Position numbers and translations under genes: made by a program
Part shown: positions 38,442-47,854 of the stretch, in pieces
Numbering within the stretch: position 1 is the stretch's first letter
Layout of the letters: every line of letters begins with the position of its first letter
The notes under the pieces: model-generated
Database searches by the model: none
Told to the model about the DNA's origin: nothing
Seen by the model: the letters and a program-made list of their open reading frames with translations, nothing else
Virus record (IMG/VR): IMGVR_UViG_3300022927_000016
Strand: one strand, 5' to 3'
Source: an uncultured virus (IMG/VR IMGVR_UViG_3300022927_000016)
Lineage: Duplodnaviria > Heunggongvirae > Uroviricota > Caudoviricetes
Length of the DNA: 64,000 bases

Positions 38442-39539
38442 ATGGCTAGTAAAGCATTTGACGTTTCTAAGTTTCGTAAAAACTTAACTAAATCTATTTC
38501 AGGCATGAGTGCAGGATTTAACGATCCTACTGATTGGATTAGTACAGGTAACTATGCACTCAACTTCCTTATCTCAGGAGACTTTAACAAAGGTGTTCCA
38601 CTAGGTAAGGTAACTGTTTTTGCAGGAGAATCTGGTGCAGGTAAATCATATATCTGTGCAGGTAACATTGTAAAGGCGGCACAAGATCAAGGCATCTTTG
38701 TAGTTCTAATTGACTCAGAGAACGCACTTGATGAAACATGGCTACAGGCTCTTGAAGTTGACACAAGTGAAGAAAAACTTCTTAAACTTAATATGTCAAT
38801 GATTGATGATGTAGCAAAAACAATTTCAACATTTATGGCAGACTATAAAGAAATGCCGGATGAAGAACGTCCTAAAGTATTATTTGTTATTGATAGTTTA
38901 GGTATGTTGCTAACACCTACTGATGTTGATCAGTTTAACAAGGGTGATATGAAAGGTGATATGGGTCGTAAGCCTAAGGCATTGACTTCACTTGTTCGTA
39001 ACACAGTTAATATGATTGGCTCACACAATGTTGGCTTGGTATGTACTAACCATACATACGCATCGCAAGATATGTTCGATCCAGATGATAAGATTTCAGG
39101 TGGACAAGGATTTATCTATGCATCTTCAATTGTTGTAGCAATGAAAAAACTAAAACTAAAAGAAGATGAAGATGGTAATAAAATTAGCGAAGTGCGTGGA
39201 ATTAGAGCAGGTTGTAAAGTAATGAAAACACGTTACGCAAAACCGTTCGAAGGCGTACAAGTTAAAATTCCATACGAAACTGGTATGAATCCTTACAGTG
39301 GACTTGTTGATCTTTTTGAGAAAAAAGGTATGCTTGTTAAAGATGGTAACAGACTTAAATATGTTACTACTACAGGCGAAGAAGTTAAAGAATATCGTAA
39401 AGTTTGGGAAGCCGGCGGCACTTTATTAGATCAAGTCATGAATGACTTTAGTAACCGTGAGGAAGAACTAATTACAGATGAAGAGGTTCAAATCGAACCT
39501 GATGAAACTGTAGTACAGGAACCAGTAACTGAGGAGTAA
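38442..39539 (+). CDS. uvsX: RecA-like recombinase
   Basis: ISTG...LN..ISG, GESGAGKS Walker A, IDSE, VIDSLG Walker B, NHTY, SGG.G..YASS. Confidence 0.92.
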   Translation: MASKAFDVSKFRKNLTKSISGMSAGFNDPTDWISTGNYALNFLISGDFNKGVPLGKVTVFAGESGAGKSYICAGNIVKAAQDQGIFVVLIDSENALDETWLQALEVDTSEEKLLKLNMSMIDDVAKTISTFMADYKEMPDEERPKVLFVIDSLGMLLTPTDVDQFNKGDMKGDMGRKPKALTSLVRNTVNMIGSHNVGLVCTNHTYASQDMFDPDDKISGGQGFIYASSIVVAMKKLKLKEDEDGNKISEVRGIRAGCKVMKTRYAKPFEGVQVKIPYETGMNPYSGLVDLFEKKGMLVKDGNRLKYVTTTGEEVKEYRKVWEAGGTLLDQVMNDFSNREEELITDEEVQIEPDETVVQEPVTEE

Positions 39540-39547
39540 TTTGTTTT

Positions 39548-39775
39548 ATGGATAGTTCACAAGTTGTAGATATATGGAATCTTTTTAAAGAGCATACAGA
39601 TAAGAAACATCTCGAAACACTTGCTGAAAGGTTTGTTGATCTTTTAGCAGATTATGGTGTTGGTGATGATGCGCTTAAAGATGCCATTGGTAACTGCGAT
39701 TTCCTTGATTCAGCAATTAACTATTATCTTGATATAGATGAAGAACTAGTTTCAGACGATGATGATTGGGATTAA
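39548..39775 (+). CDS. Hypothetical protein
   Basis: 75-aa acidic ORF with gaggag SD between uvsX and uvsY. Confidence 0.6.
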   Translation: MDSSQVVDIWNLFKEHTDKKHLETLAERFVDLLADYGVGDDALKDAIGNCDFLDSAINYYLDIDEELVSDDDDWD

Positions 39776-39777
39776 TA

Positions 39778-40230
39778 ATGTGGTATAGCAAAATATCAAA
39801 AGATATTAGCCATATTCCAGATGCTATATCATACTTCGAAGCAGAACTTATTGAAGCAAAAAAAGAAATCCGAATTTATGGAAATCTAGAGAAGGCCGCG
39901 GCAGAAATGCCCGGCCTTGTCGAGCATCGTTTTAATCAATTACAAGAACTTGAAGCAATACTTGAGTATCTTAATATCGAACTTCGTAGACTTCGTAGTA
40001 GTTTTTTTAAAAAATATCTTGAAAACTATCAACGTGCATTAAGCAGTCGTGACGTTGAAAAATACGTTGACGGTGAGGCAGACGTTGTTGACTACGAAAA
40101 GATTATTAACGAGTTTGCTCTTATGCGTAATAAATGGTTAGGAATCTCGAAAGGACTTGATCAGAAGCAATGGCAGATTACAAACATTACTAAGTTACGT
40201 GTAGCGGGCATGGAAGATGCATCAATTTAA
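39778..40230 (+). CDS. uvsY: Recombination mediator
   Basis: Helical protein with Y.R.L...D.EKY.DG..D, K.LD.K.WQI.NI..LR.AG C-terminus; near uvsX. Confidence 0.8.
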   Translation: MWYSKISKDISHIPDAISYFEAELIEAKKEIRIYGNLEKAAAEMPGLVEHRFNQLQELEAILEYLNIELRRLRSSFFKKYLENYQRALSSRDVEKYVDGEADVVDYEKIINEFALMRNKWLGISKGLDQKQWQITNITKLRVAGMEDASI

Positions 40231-40765
40231 CAATGAACTAGATACCCTTATGTCCAAAGTTAAAAAAGGACAAATGGAAAGATCCGAATATGCTTACATT
40301 GCCGAAAGACTTGGAAATAAAAATTTATTAATATTTGGTACCGGACATGATTCTCAATTTTGGAGACACGCTAATACCGGTACTACAATTTTTCTAGAAC
40401 ATGATCCGGAATGGGTACTAGAAAAAACTAAAGATGTATTCTTAATTGAATATACATCAAACATAAAAGATTATCAAAAACTATTAGACGAATACAATTC
40501 TAATAACTTTTCTAACTTAGAAATTACCTTACCTTCTGTTGTTTATGAGCACGAATGGGACGTAATATTTGTTGACGGACCTCCAGGAAATAAAAAGAAA
40601 AGTATCGGACGTATGCAAAGTATCTATATGGCTAATAAATTAGCAAATAAGAATACTGATATATTTGTACATGATTGTAATCGTATTGTCGAAGACGTTT
40701 ATACTAAGGCATTCTTTAACATACAAGAAGAATTAGTTAAACTTAGACACTGTAGGAAAAAATAA
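40217..40765 (+). CDS. DUF579-like (GXM/IRX15/AGM) polysaccharide O-methyltransferase
   Basis: NLLIFG.GHDS..W, TIFLE....W, LP..VY..EWD.I.VDGP.G, GRM.SIY.A, TD.FVHD..R.VE..Y.KAF. Confidence 0.75.
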   Translation: MHQFNNELDTLMSKVKKGQMERSEYAYIAERLGNKNLLIFGTGHDSQFWRHANTGTTIFLEHDPEWVLEKTKDVFLIEYTSNIKDYQKLLDEYNSNNFSNLEITLPSVVYEHEWDVIFVDGPPGNKKKSIGRMQSIYMANKLANKNTDIFVHDCNRIVEDVYTKAFFNIQEELVKLRHCRKK

Positions 40766-41505
40766 TGAATCGTATAATTTCTTTTGATCCTCGAGATCTA
40801 ACATTTATTACAACTGCTAATAACTTATATGTTAATTTCGTAGAACCGTTTATATACTTTTGTAAAACTAGTAATCCTGGTTGTAAGATTGAAATTTGGG
40901 TTGATGACTTAAATGCAGTATCAAAAATAAATGATCCAGATGTTAGAATTCATCAATTACCAAACACTTATCATGTTGCAACATATAGATACATTTTAAC
41001 ACCAACTTGGGAAACTAAGTATTACTATATTACTGATGTAGATATAATGCATACTGAATTTGTTCAACCATTTCATTTAATGCTTATGCAAGAATCTGGG
41101 TTGCCATTTAGTAATATTATACGCAACAAAAAAGGTCAACATAATCGTATGAGTGGTTTACATTTTGTAAAATCTCAATGGTACGAAGATACAAAAAATA
41201 TAAGACCGCGAATTGAACCTAAAGGACAAGACGAAGAAATGTTATATCAGATTGCAAATAGCATTTATGATTTAGGAAAAGTTACTAAAGGTTTATCTAA
41301 TAGACCTGTACAAGGAATTCATTGTTCGGTAGGACGTAATCCTAGAGATAAACAATCGTGGGAACTTACATCACAACGATCGGCTTATTTTGTTGATGCA
41401 ATTTTAAAACATGGAACATTTAATCCATGGTTTGAAGAAAAAGTATGTAGGCCAATAATAGGCGAAGATACATTTGATAAAATGAGAAAACGTAGACGGA
41501 TATGA
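40765..41505 (+). CDS. Putative GT-A glycosyltransferase
   Basis: YITDVDI DxD-like motif, R.SGLHF, DE..LY. Confidence 0.5.
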   Translation: MNRIISFDPRDLTFITTANNLYVNFVEPFIYFCKTSNPGCKIEIWVDDLNAVSKINDPDVRIHQLPNTYHVATYRYILTPTWETKYYYITDVDIMHTEFVQPFHLMLMQESGLPFSNIIRNKKGQHNRMSGLHFVKSQWYEDTKNIRPRIEPKGQDEEMLYQIANSIYDLGKVTKGLSNRPVQGIHCSVGRNPRDKQSWELTSQRSAYFVDAILKHGTFNPWFEEKVCRPIIGEDTFDKMRKRRRI

Positions 41506-42113
41506 AGTTCAACATTGTAGTTGCTAGTGACATTAATTTAAAACGGTTTATTAATCCTTGCATTGACAGTATTAAGAAAATAGGATATGATCCAATGGTG
41601 TATGATCTTGGCGGACTAGGATATGGTAAGCCTTTTGAAAGTACAACTAGCGATAAAGCACTTCAGAAATTTCCTAAAAAGCCATTTGTTATTAAAGATG
41701 CATTACAACGTATTCCAAAAGATAGTTGGCTTGCATGGATTGATATTGATTGCATTATGCAACACCCTATAGACGATGCTATTGGGGAGTATGACGTAGG
41801 AGTAACCTTTAGAAAAAATCATTTAAACTCTGGTGTAAATTTTTGGAAACACAACAGTAGAGCATTACACTTTCTAGATGTTTGGAGTAAAGAAGCATTA
41901 CTAGTAGGTGGTGATCAAAACGGTCTTAATAGGATATGTAAAATTACATCTGGTTCAAGTGTTAACACTATACTTGATATTGAAGGTGCTAAAGTAAAAG
42001 TTTTTGATTCAAGAGTTTATAATAATTTCTTTTTCAAGAAAGATCAAAGTAACGCAAGAATACTACATTACAAAAGTAAGTTTAGAAATAGGTTTCCCTT
42101 TGATGAAGTATGA
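41502..42113 (+). CDS. Nucleotide-diphospho-sugar transferase (GT-A)
   Basis: KP..I..AL, WIDIDC (DxD), LNSGV.F, DQ..LN, ILHYK. Confidence 0.7.
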   Translation: MKFNIVVASDINLKRFINPCIDSIKKIGYDPMVYDLGGLGYGKPFESTTSDKALQKFPKKPFVIKDALQRIPKDSWLAWIDIDCIMQHPIDDAIGEYDVGVTFRKNHLNSGVNFWKHNSRALHFLDVWSKEALLVGGDQNGLNRICKITSGSSVNTILDIEGAKVKVFDSRVYNNFFFKKDQSNARILHYKSKFRNRFPFDEV

Positions 42114-42687
42114 TTTTATAGAAATAGGAACTAGTAATTTTCATACATTGATTGAAAATGCTAATAATGAAATTGGTATTTCGATCGAACCTATGAAAAA
42201 ATATCTAGATCAGTTGCCAACTCCAAGTAATGTTATTAAGTTAAATTGTGCAATTAGTTTTGACGGTAGTAATAATTTGATTGATTTTTACTATATTGAT
42301 CCTGATACTATTAAGCACCTCAACTTAAAACCTTTTATGAAAGGGTGTAACTCAATAGGAAACTATCATCCTATGCACATAAAATATAATGTACAAGAAC
42401 ACGTAACTATAGACAAGGTAGAACAACGTTCTTTAAAATCTGTTCTTGAAGAATATAATGTTACCGAATTAGATTACTTAAAAATTGATACAGAAGGTGG
42501 CGACTGTAAAATCATGCAACAACTATATAACATTAAATTCAAACCAAAAAAAATTAAGTTTGAAACAAACAGTCTAGCAAACCCAGATGATGTTGCACAT
42601 ATACTAGATATATTTTCTAAAATTGGCTATGATATTAGTTGGGATAATAAAGCCAAACGAGACACTATCTTAACATTGCATAGTTAA
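42103..42687 (+). CDS. FkbM-family SAM methyltransferase
   Basis: FIEIG, GISIEP, NCAIS, LDYLKIDTEGGD, I.FE. Confidence 0.8.
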   Translation: MKYDFIEIGTSNFHTLIENANNEIGISIEPMKKYLDQLPTPSNVIKLNCAISFDGSNNLIDFYYIDPDTIKHLNLKPFMKGCNSIGNYHPMHIKYNVQEHVTIDKVEQRSLKSVLEEYNVTELDYLKIDTEGGDCKIMQQLYNIKFKPKKIKFETNSLANPDDVAHILDIFSKIGYDISWDNKAKRDTILTLHS

Positions 42688-42696
42688 ATATTGCTG

Positions 42697-43443
42697 ATGA
42701 AACAGCAACTGATTAACCATATATTAGATAAATTCCCTGAAACATACGAACTGCAAAAGCAGTATAGAAGTCATCCTGACTACAGTTTATTAACATTAGA
42801 AAACTTTATTCCTCAAGATTTAGTTACACTAATGGCTAAAGAACTTGACGATATTCCATTAGAAGACTGTAAGCATTTTACAAGAGCAGGATCGTGTATG
42901 TATGAATTTAACAATGTAGATCGTACACCTGTACAAGACGCTGTTGTACACGCACTACACAGTGGTACATTTATTAAATGGTTACAAGAAGTTACAGACA
43001 CAGTTGATTTAATTCCTGATCCGCATCTCATTGGTGCAGGATATATGAAATCATTTACTGGCGATAGTTTAAAAGTTCACTCAGATTTTAACTGGAATGA
43101 ACAACTTAGACTGCATCGTATGTTAAGTGTAGTAATATATCTCAATGATGAATGGCAAGATGATTGGGGAGGACAGTTGCAGTTTTATGATACAAAAAGA
43201 CAAAAGGTACATACTAAAGTACCAGTAGGACCAGGCAACTGTGTAATATGGAACTACAATAATTTTGCATTCCATGGTTACCCAGAACCAATGACTTGTC
43301 CCGAAGGTGTAAGCAGAAAGGGTATTAGGTTTTTCTATTACGTCAGTAATGCCAAGCATGATGACAAACATCCACCACATCGTAGTTTATATTGGTATGA
43401 TGAAAAAACAGGAACGCCATACGATCAGCCATGGAACAAATAA
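42697..43443 (+). CDS. 2OG-Fe(II) oxygenase (prolyl-hydroxylase-like)
   Basis: LKVHSDFN (HxD), IYLN..W...WGG.L, FHGYP, RK....FYY. Confidence 0.88.
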   Translation: MKQQLINHILDKFPETYELQKQYRSHPDYSLLTLENFIPQDLVTLMAKELDDIPLEDCKHFTRAGSCMYEFNNVDRTPVQDAVVHALHSGTFIKWLQEVTDTVDLIPDPHLIGAGYMKSFTGDSLKVHSDFNWNEQLRLHRMLSVVIYLNDEWQDDWGGQLQFYDTKRQKVHTKVPVGPGNCVIWNYNNFAFHGYPEPMTCPEGVSRKGIRFFYYVSNAKHDDKHPPHRSLYWYDEKTGTPYDQPWNK

Positions 43444-43949
43444 ACATTACATTACCTGAATTAAATTATATACGTTTGCCATATAGAGCAATGGATAACG
43501 TTTCAGTTCAGGGTAGAGCAACTGCATTTGAAAGTCAAAACAAACGATATCATCTTGCTGGATTTACAAAAGAAAACACAAAGTATGAACAATGTTTTCC
43601 TGTAACAGATGATTACGTACAGTTTGGTGCTACACTTTTTGATAGATGCACTGTAGCAGTAATGAAACAGATGCCTGGACAAACACTACCAAGTCATGTA
43701 GACACATTTTACAAAATTTCAAACGATTACAGTGTAGACCCGAAAGACTGTATTCGTGTAAACATCTTCCTTGAAGATTGGAAATCGGGTCATTATTTTG
43801 AAATAAATGAAAATCCGGTCTTGCAATGGAAGCGTGGTGATGCTATAATAATAGAAAAAGATGAACCGCATTTGAGTGCTAACAATGGTATGGTGCCTAA
43901 GTACACTATGCAAGTAACTGGAGTAAAAAATGAATTTAAGGGGTGCTAA
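43431..43949 (+). CDS. AspH-like 2OG-Fe(II)/cupin hydroxylase
   Basis: PGQ.LP.HVD, W..GD, H.SAN.G...KYT.Q.TG. Confidence 0.7.
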   Translation: MEQINITLPELNYIRLPYRAMDNVSVQGRATAFESQNKRYHLAGFTKENTKYEQCFPVTDDYVQFGATLFDRCTVAVMKQMPGQTLPSHVDTFYKISNDYSVDPKDCIRVNIFLEDWKSGHYFEINENPVLQWKRGDAIIIEKDEPHLSANNGMVPKYTMQVTGVKNEFKGC

Positions 43950-44802
43950 ACCTGTACCTGATAATAAGGTAAAACAGTTTATTGAAAGTTTAAATCCTGT
44001 AAAAGATTTATACAATCCAAAACTTCCACAAGAATTTAAGTACGAATTTGTAGATTGGATTTTATCAAGCGAATTTAATTTTATTAAAGGTATTGAAGAG
44101 TTTCCAGACATTACACTATGTAACGGAACTGTGCAAGCATTTGATCATTTCCATTATAGGCACAAAGAAAAACGTTTTAGATTTTTTAAAGGCGAGTTTA
44201 TGTATCATCAGGCTTGTCTAAAAAACGGAAGTCAATTTGAATGGATTAATGATAAACCATTAATGGAAGGTGACGCACTTATACTAAGTGTCCCTTTCAG
44301 TGATAGAGGTATTCAACACCCTGCAACAGATATGTTGTTGTTAAATGCAGAACAGTTTAATATTCCTGTACTACTTGATTTTGCTTATTATCCTTGTACA
44401 AAAAATATTAATTTAAATCTTAGCAACTACCCAGCAGTAGAAACGATTACATTTAGTATTAGTAAAGCATTCTACGGTGCAGAGTTTTTAAGAGTAGGTG
44501 TTCGTCTTGAACGTGCAAATACAGACGACGGCATTGATGTATTCAATTCTGTTGATATGCACAATAGGATAGATTTAAGTATAGCAAGTAGTTTAATTAA
44601 AACCTTTCCGGTTGATTGGAACTGGAAAACATACACTGATGTATACAATCAAGTTTGTGAAGAAAAGAATCTTCAACTAACAGATTGTATTATGTTTGGT
44701 CTTGGCGGAGATGAGTACAAAGAGTATAATCGAGGCGGAGAAGTCAATCGTGTTTGCATTAGTGATTTAATAGGAGAGAAAGTAAATGACAATAGTAAGT
44801 AG
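43930..44802 (+). CDS. PLP-dependent enzyme (fold type I, aminotransferase/decarboxylase-like)
   Basis: GT..AFD, S.PFS..G, LLDFAY (PLP Asp), FSISKAF (PLP Lys), RVG. Confidence 0.75.
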   Translation: MNLRGAKPVPDNKVKQFIESLNPVKDLYNPKLPQEFKYEFVDWILSSEFNFIKGIEEFPDITLCNGTVQAFDHFHYRHKEKRFRFFKGEFMYHQACLKNGSQFEWINDKPLMEGDALILSVPFSDRGIQHPATDMLLLNAEQFNIPVLLDFAYYPCTKNINLNLSNYPAVETITFSISKAFYGAEFLRVGVRLERANTDDGIDVFNSVDMHNRIDLSIASSLIKTFPVDWNWKTYTDVYNQVCEEKNLQLTDCIMFGLGGDEYKEYNRGGEVNRVCISDLIGEKVNDNSK

Positions 44803-45847
44803 TCATAATGATTGGGATCCGTTAGAGGAAGTATTTGTAGGTATTGCAGATCATGCACGTATTCCTACAGTGGATAAATCAACACACAGTTTCGGATTTG
44901 CTGATTGTAAATGGGAACACATTAAGGATCTTGAAGGACCTAGTCCAGAATGGGTAATTAATGAAGCAAACGAGGATTTAGACAATTTTGCAAAAGTATT
45001 ATCTGATTTAGGTGTTAAAGTAAGACGCCCCGAATCAATTGACCATTCAAAGGAGTTTGGCTCTCCTGACTGGAAAACAACAGGGTGGTACACGTATTGT
45101 CCGCGTGATTTATTGTTGCCTTTAGATAATCTTATTATTGATTGTCCCGGCGCAATGAGAGCAAGGCAGTACGAAACAACTGCGTACAGAGAATTTTTGT
45201 ATGAAGCAATGCAAGGCGGTAGTGAATGGATTAGTGCACCACGTCCAAGACTACTTGATGAAAGTTATCAGTTAGAGGATTTAAGTATTCCAACACTTGT
45301 AAACAAAGAGATTGTTTTTGACGCACCTAACATTGTACGCCTTGGTAAAGATTTATTGTATCAAGTAAGCAACAGTGGAACTAAATTAGGTTACGAATGG
45401 CTTAAAACTATTGTTGAACCAAGAGGTTATAAGTTGCATCTTGCTGAAGGCTTTTATAGTTATTCACACTTTGACTCAACTGTTATTCCTTTACGTCCGG
45501 GATTAGTATTGTTTAATGGTGATAGAATTAGACCAGACTTTTATCCTAAAATCTTTGAGTCATGGGACAAAATTTATTTCCCAGGTGATAAAGTAATCGA
45601 CATTGGTACAAACTTACCAAATGGTGTATCACCTTGTAGTAAGTATATCGGTTTGAACTTTATGAGTGTAAATGAAAACTTGGTAATCTGTGATGAGAAT
45701 CAAGAAGAACTACGTAAAGAGTTAGACAAACACGGTATTGAAACTATCGGATTGCCTATGCGTCAAGCACGTACACTAAGTGGCGGCTTCCATTGTGTTA
45801 CTTTAGATACTAAACGTAAAGGCACATTGGAAAGTTACTTTGACTAA
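44786..45847 (+). CDS. Amidinotransferase (AGAT/StrB1 family)
   Basis: VSSHNDWDPLEEVFVG, GVKVRRP, CPRD, FDA, SHFDST (catalytic His), GGFHC.TLD (catalytic Cys). Confidence 0.92.
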   Translation: MTIVSSHNDWDPLEEVFVGIADHARIPTVDKSTHSFGFADCKWEHIKDLEGPSPEWVINEANEDLDNFAKVLSDLGVKVRRPESIDHSKEFGSPDWKTTGWYTYCPRDLLLPLDNLIIDCPGAMRARQYETTAYREFLYEAMQGGSEWISAPRPRLLDESYQLEDLSIPTLVNKEIVFDAPNIVRLGKDLLYQVSNSGTKLGYEWLKTIVEPRGYKLHLAEGFYSYSHFDSTVIPLRPGLVLFNGDRIRPDFYPKIFESWDKIYFPGDKVIDIGTNLPNGVSPCSKYIGLNFMSVNENLVICDENQEELRKELDKHGIETIGLPMRQARTLSGGFHCVTLDTKRKGTLESYFD

Positions 45848-46703
45848 ACGCGGACACCATATACCCAATCTTGAATATATGATCACAACCAGTTGCGATC
45901 TGGCTTGTCCAGGTTGTGACCGGTTTATTGATCACGGACATCCGTTTGTAGAGTCGTATGAAGACATAGTTGCTAATATGGAAAAATGGTTCTGTCGATT
46001 AGATCCAGACCACATAACTATTATTGGTGGCGAACCTCTTCTTCATCCACGGATTTATGATATCCTAAAAGAAGCAAGAAGGATATTTGATCATGCAACT
46101 ATTGAAGTATACACAAATGGATTTTTATTACCTAAAAGGCCCGATATACTTAAGGTATTAAAAAAAATTGGTCGTGCAAAAATTAGTTGTAGTATACACA
46201 ATAAAAATCCAGAAGTAAGAAAATTAATTGAAAAAAATTTATGGGATTCGTTTTATAGTAAAGGACAATGGTCAATAGTAAGTCCTATTGCTCATAAACA
46301 AGACGGAGTAACTGTTGAAGTAACTGATCCTACCGAAGGTGGTTGGTATGATTATCGACGCAATGTAAATGGCAAACTTAAACCTTGGAACGATCAACAG
46401 CCTTCTAAGAGTTACAGCAAGTGTGGTGTTTCTACATATCCTATTATCTATAAAGGTAAGTTATACAAGTGCCCACCTATTAGTATGTTAAAGACACACC
46501 TTGAAAAATTTGATATGTTAGACGATCCTGATTGGAAACCATATTTAAACTACAAAGGATTAGATGTAGAGTGTGATGACGAGGTATTAGAAGCATTTGT
46601 AAAAAATATCTTCCATCCACATCAAATTTGTTCTATGTGTCCTGCTAATCCAGAACTAAAACCGCAGGAAGAAGCAGTAATTAAAAACGTGAAAATACTA
46701 TGA
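45840..46703 (+). CDS. Radical SAM enzyme with C-terminal Twitch-like cysteines
   Basis: CDLACPGC, GGEPLLHP, TNG, C...G.LYKCP, CSMC. Confidence 0.9.
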   Translation: MTKRGHHIPNLEYMITTSCDLACPGCDRFIDHGHPFVESYEDIVANMEKWFCRLDPDHITIIGGEPLLHPRIYDILKEARRIFDHATIEVYTNGFLLPKRPDILKVLKKIGRAKISCSIHNKNPEVRKLIEKNLWDSFYSKGQWSIVSPIAHKQDGVTVEVTDPTEGGWYDYRRNVNGKLKPWNDQQPSKSYSKCGVSTYPIIYKGKLYKCPPISMLKTHLEKFDMLDDPDWKPYLNYKGLDVECDDEVLEAFVKNIFHPHQICSMCPANPELKPQEEAVIKNVKIL

Positions 46704-47854
46704 AAACAGTTCCTTTAATAACAATGGACAATAGTTCCAGAAGCCTTGGAACTGTTATTGAAAACTTCAAAGGCATTCTTAACTTTGAAGGTTATAATAA
46801 TAAGATACTAGAGGATATTGAACATCTTGTAGTATTTTTTGAATATGTTGGAGACAATGATCATACATTTAAAACATTTACTAACTTTTTTGAAACATAT
46901 AAAATTCCGACCTTTCTTGTTATCGATGACTCATACGAAGGACTTACAGACTCTACATTTCTTACGTTGGTAGAAGAGACTGTTAAAAAGAATCCTTATA
47001 TTAAAGATTGGGTTATTTTAACTAATAACAAAAAGTTAAAGAGTCCGAACAAAATATATTTTAATGTACAATTACACTTAGACCGATATGACGGCATTGA
47101 CATTAATAAACATATTGACACAGACTGGAACGGTAATAGTAATTTACGTAAGAAAAAGTTTTTATGCTTAAACAGACAAGAACGATTGCATAGGTTAATA
47201 ACAACAGACTTCTTGTTAAAAAATGATATTGCTAAACATACATATCTTAGTTGTCCATTAGGTAATTACAAATACGTCCTTGATGGAGAATTTGATCAAC
47301 CTGAATATAAAAAATATTTAGATAAATCATTACAAGGCACAACCCTAAGTCAAGAGTCAATTAACCGTCTTAAAGAAAACTTACCTATTAGTTTAGACTT
47401 AGATGAAACAACATATAAATCTATGTCTAGAAATCTGCCAGACGGTAGTCAATACTATGCTGAAAGTTATTTTAGTATTATTACAGAAGGTGACTACGAT
47501 GACGACAATAGAGAAGCATTTACAGAGAAAGTATTAAAATGTTTCTTGTTCAAGCATCCGTTTATTGTTATTGGATTGCGTAACACACTACAGCAATTAC
47601 GCGACTTAGGATTCATAACTTTTAATGATGTTATTGACGAAAGATATGATGCGATGTCATTTGCTAGGCATCGGTTTGAATTAGCAACAGCAGAAATTAA
47701 GAAACTAAACAGTTATAATATTCACGAATTAAGAGACTTATATAATGAGTTACAACCTATTCTTAATTATAACAGAGAACACTATCTACGATTGTTTAAT
47801 CAAAAACAACCAGTAGAGTTAATACATAGAATTAAGAAGTTCGTAAATGATTAA
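46700..47854 (+). CDS. Hypothetical, possibly glycosyltransferase-like
   Basis: KKFLCLNR..R.HR, Y..SYFSIITE, TEK..K.....HPFI..G motifs common in phage glyco-islands. Confidence 0.45.
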   Translation: MKTVPLITMDNSSRSLGTVIENFKGILNFEGYNNKILEDIEHLVVFFEYVGDNDHTFKTFTNFFETYKIPTFLVIDDSYEGLTDSTFLTLVEETVKKNPYIKDWVILTNNKKLKSPNKIYFNVQLHLDRYDGIDINKHIDTDWNGNSNLRKKKFLCLNRQERLHRLITTDFLLKNDIAKHTYLSCPLGNYKYVLDGEFDQPEYKKYLDKSLQGTTLSQESINRLKENLPISLDLDETTYKSMSRNLPDGSQYYAESYFSIITEGDYDDDNREAFTEKVLKCFLFKHPFIVIGLRNTLQQLRDLGFITFNDVIDERYDAMSFARHRFELATAEIKKLNSYNIHELRDLYNELQPILNYNREHYLRLFNQKQPVELIHRIKKFVND

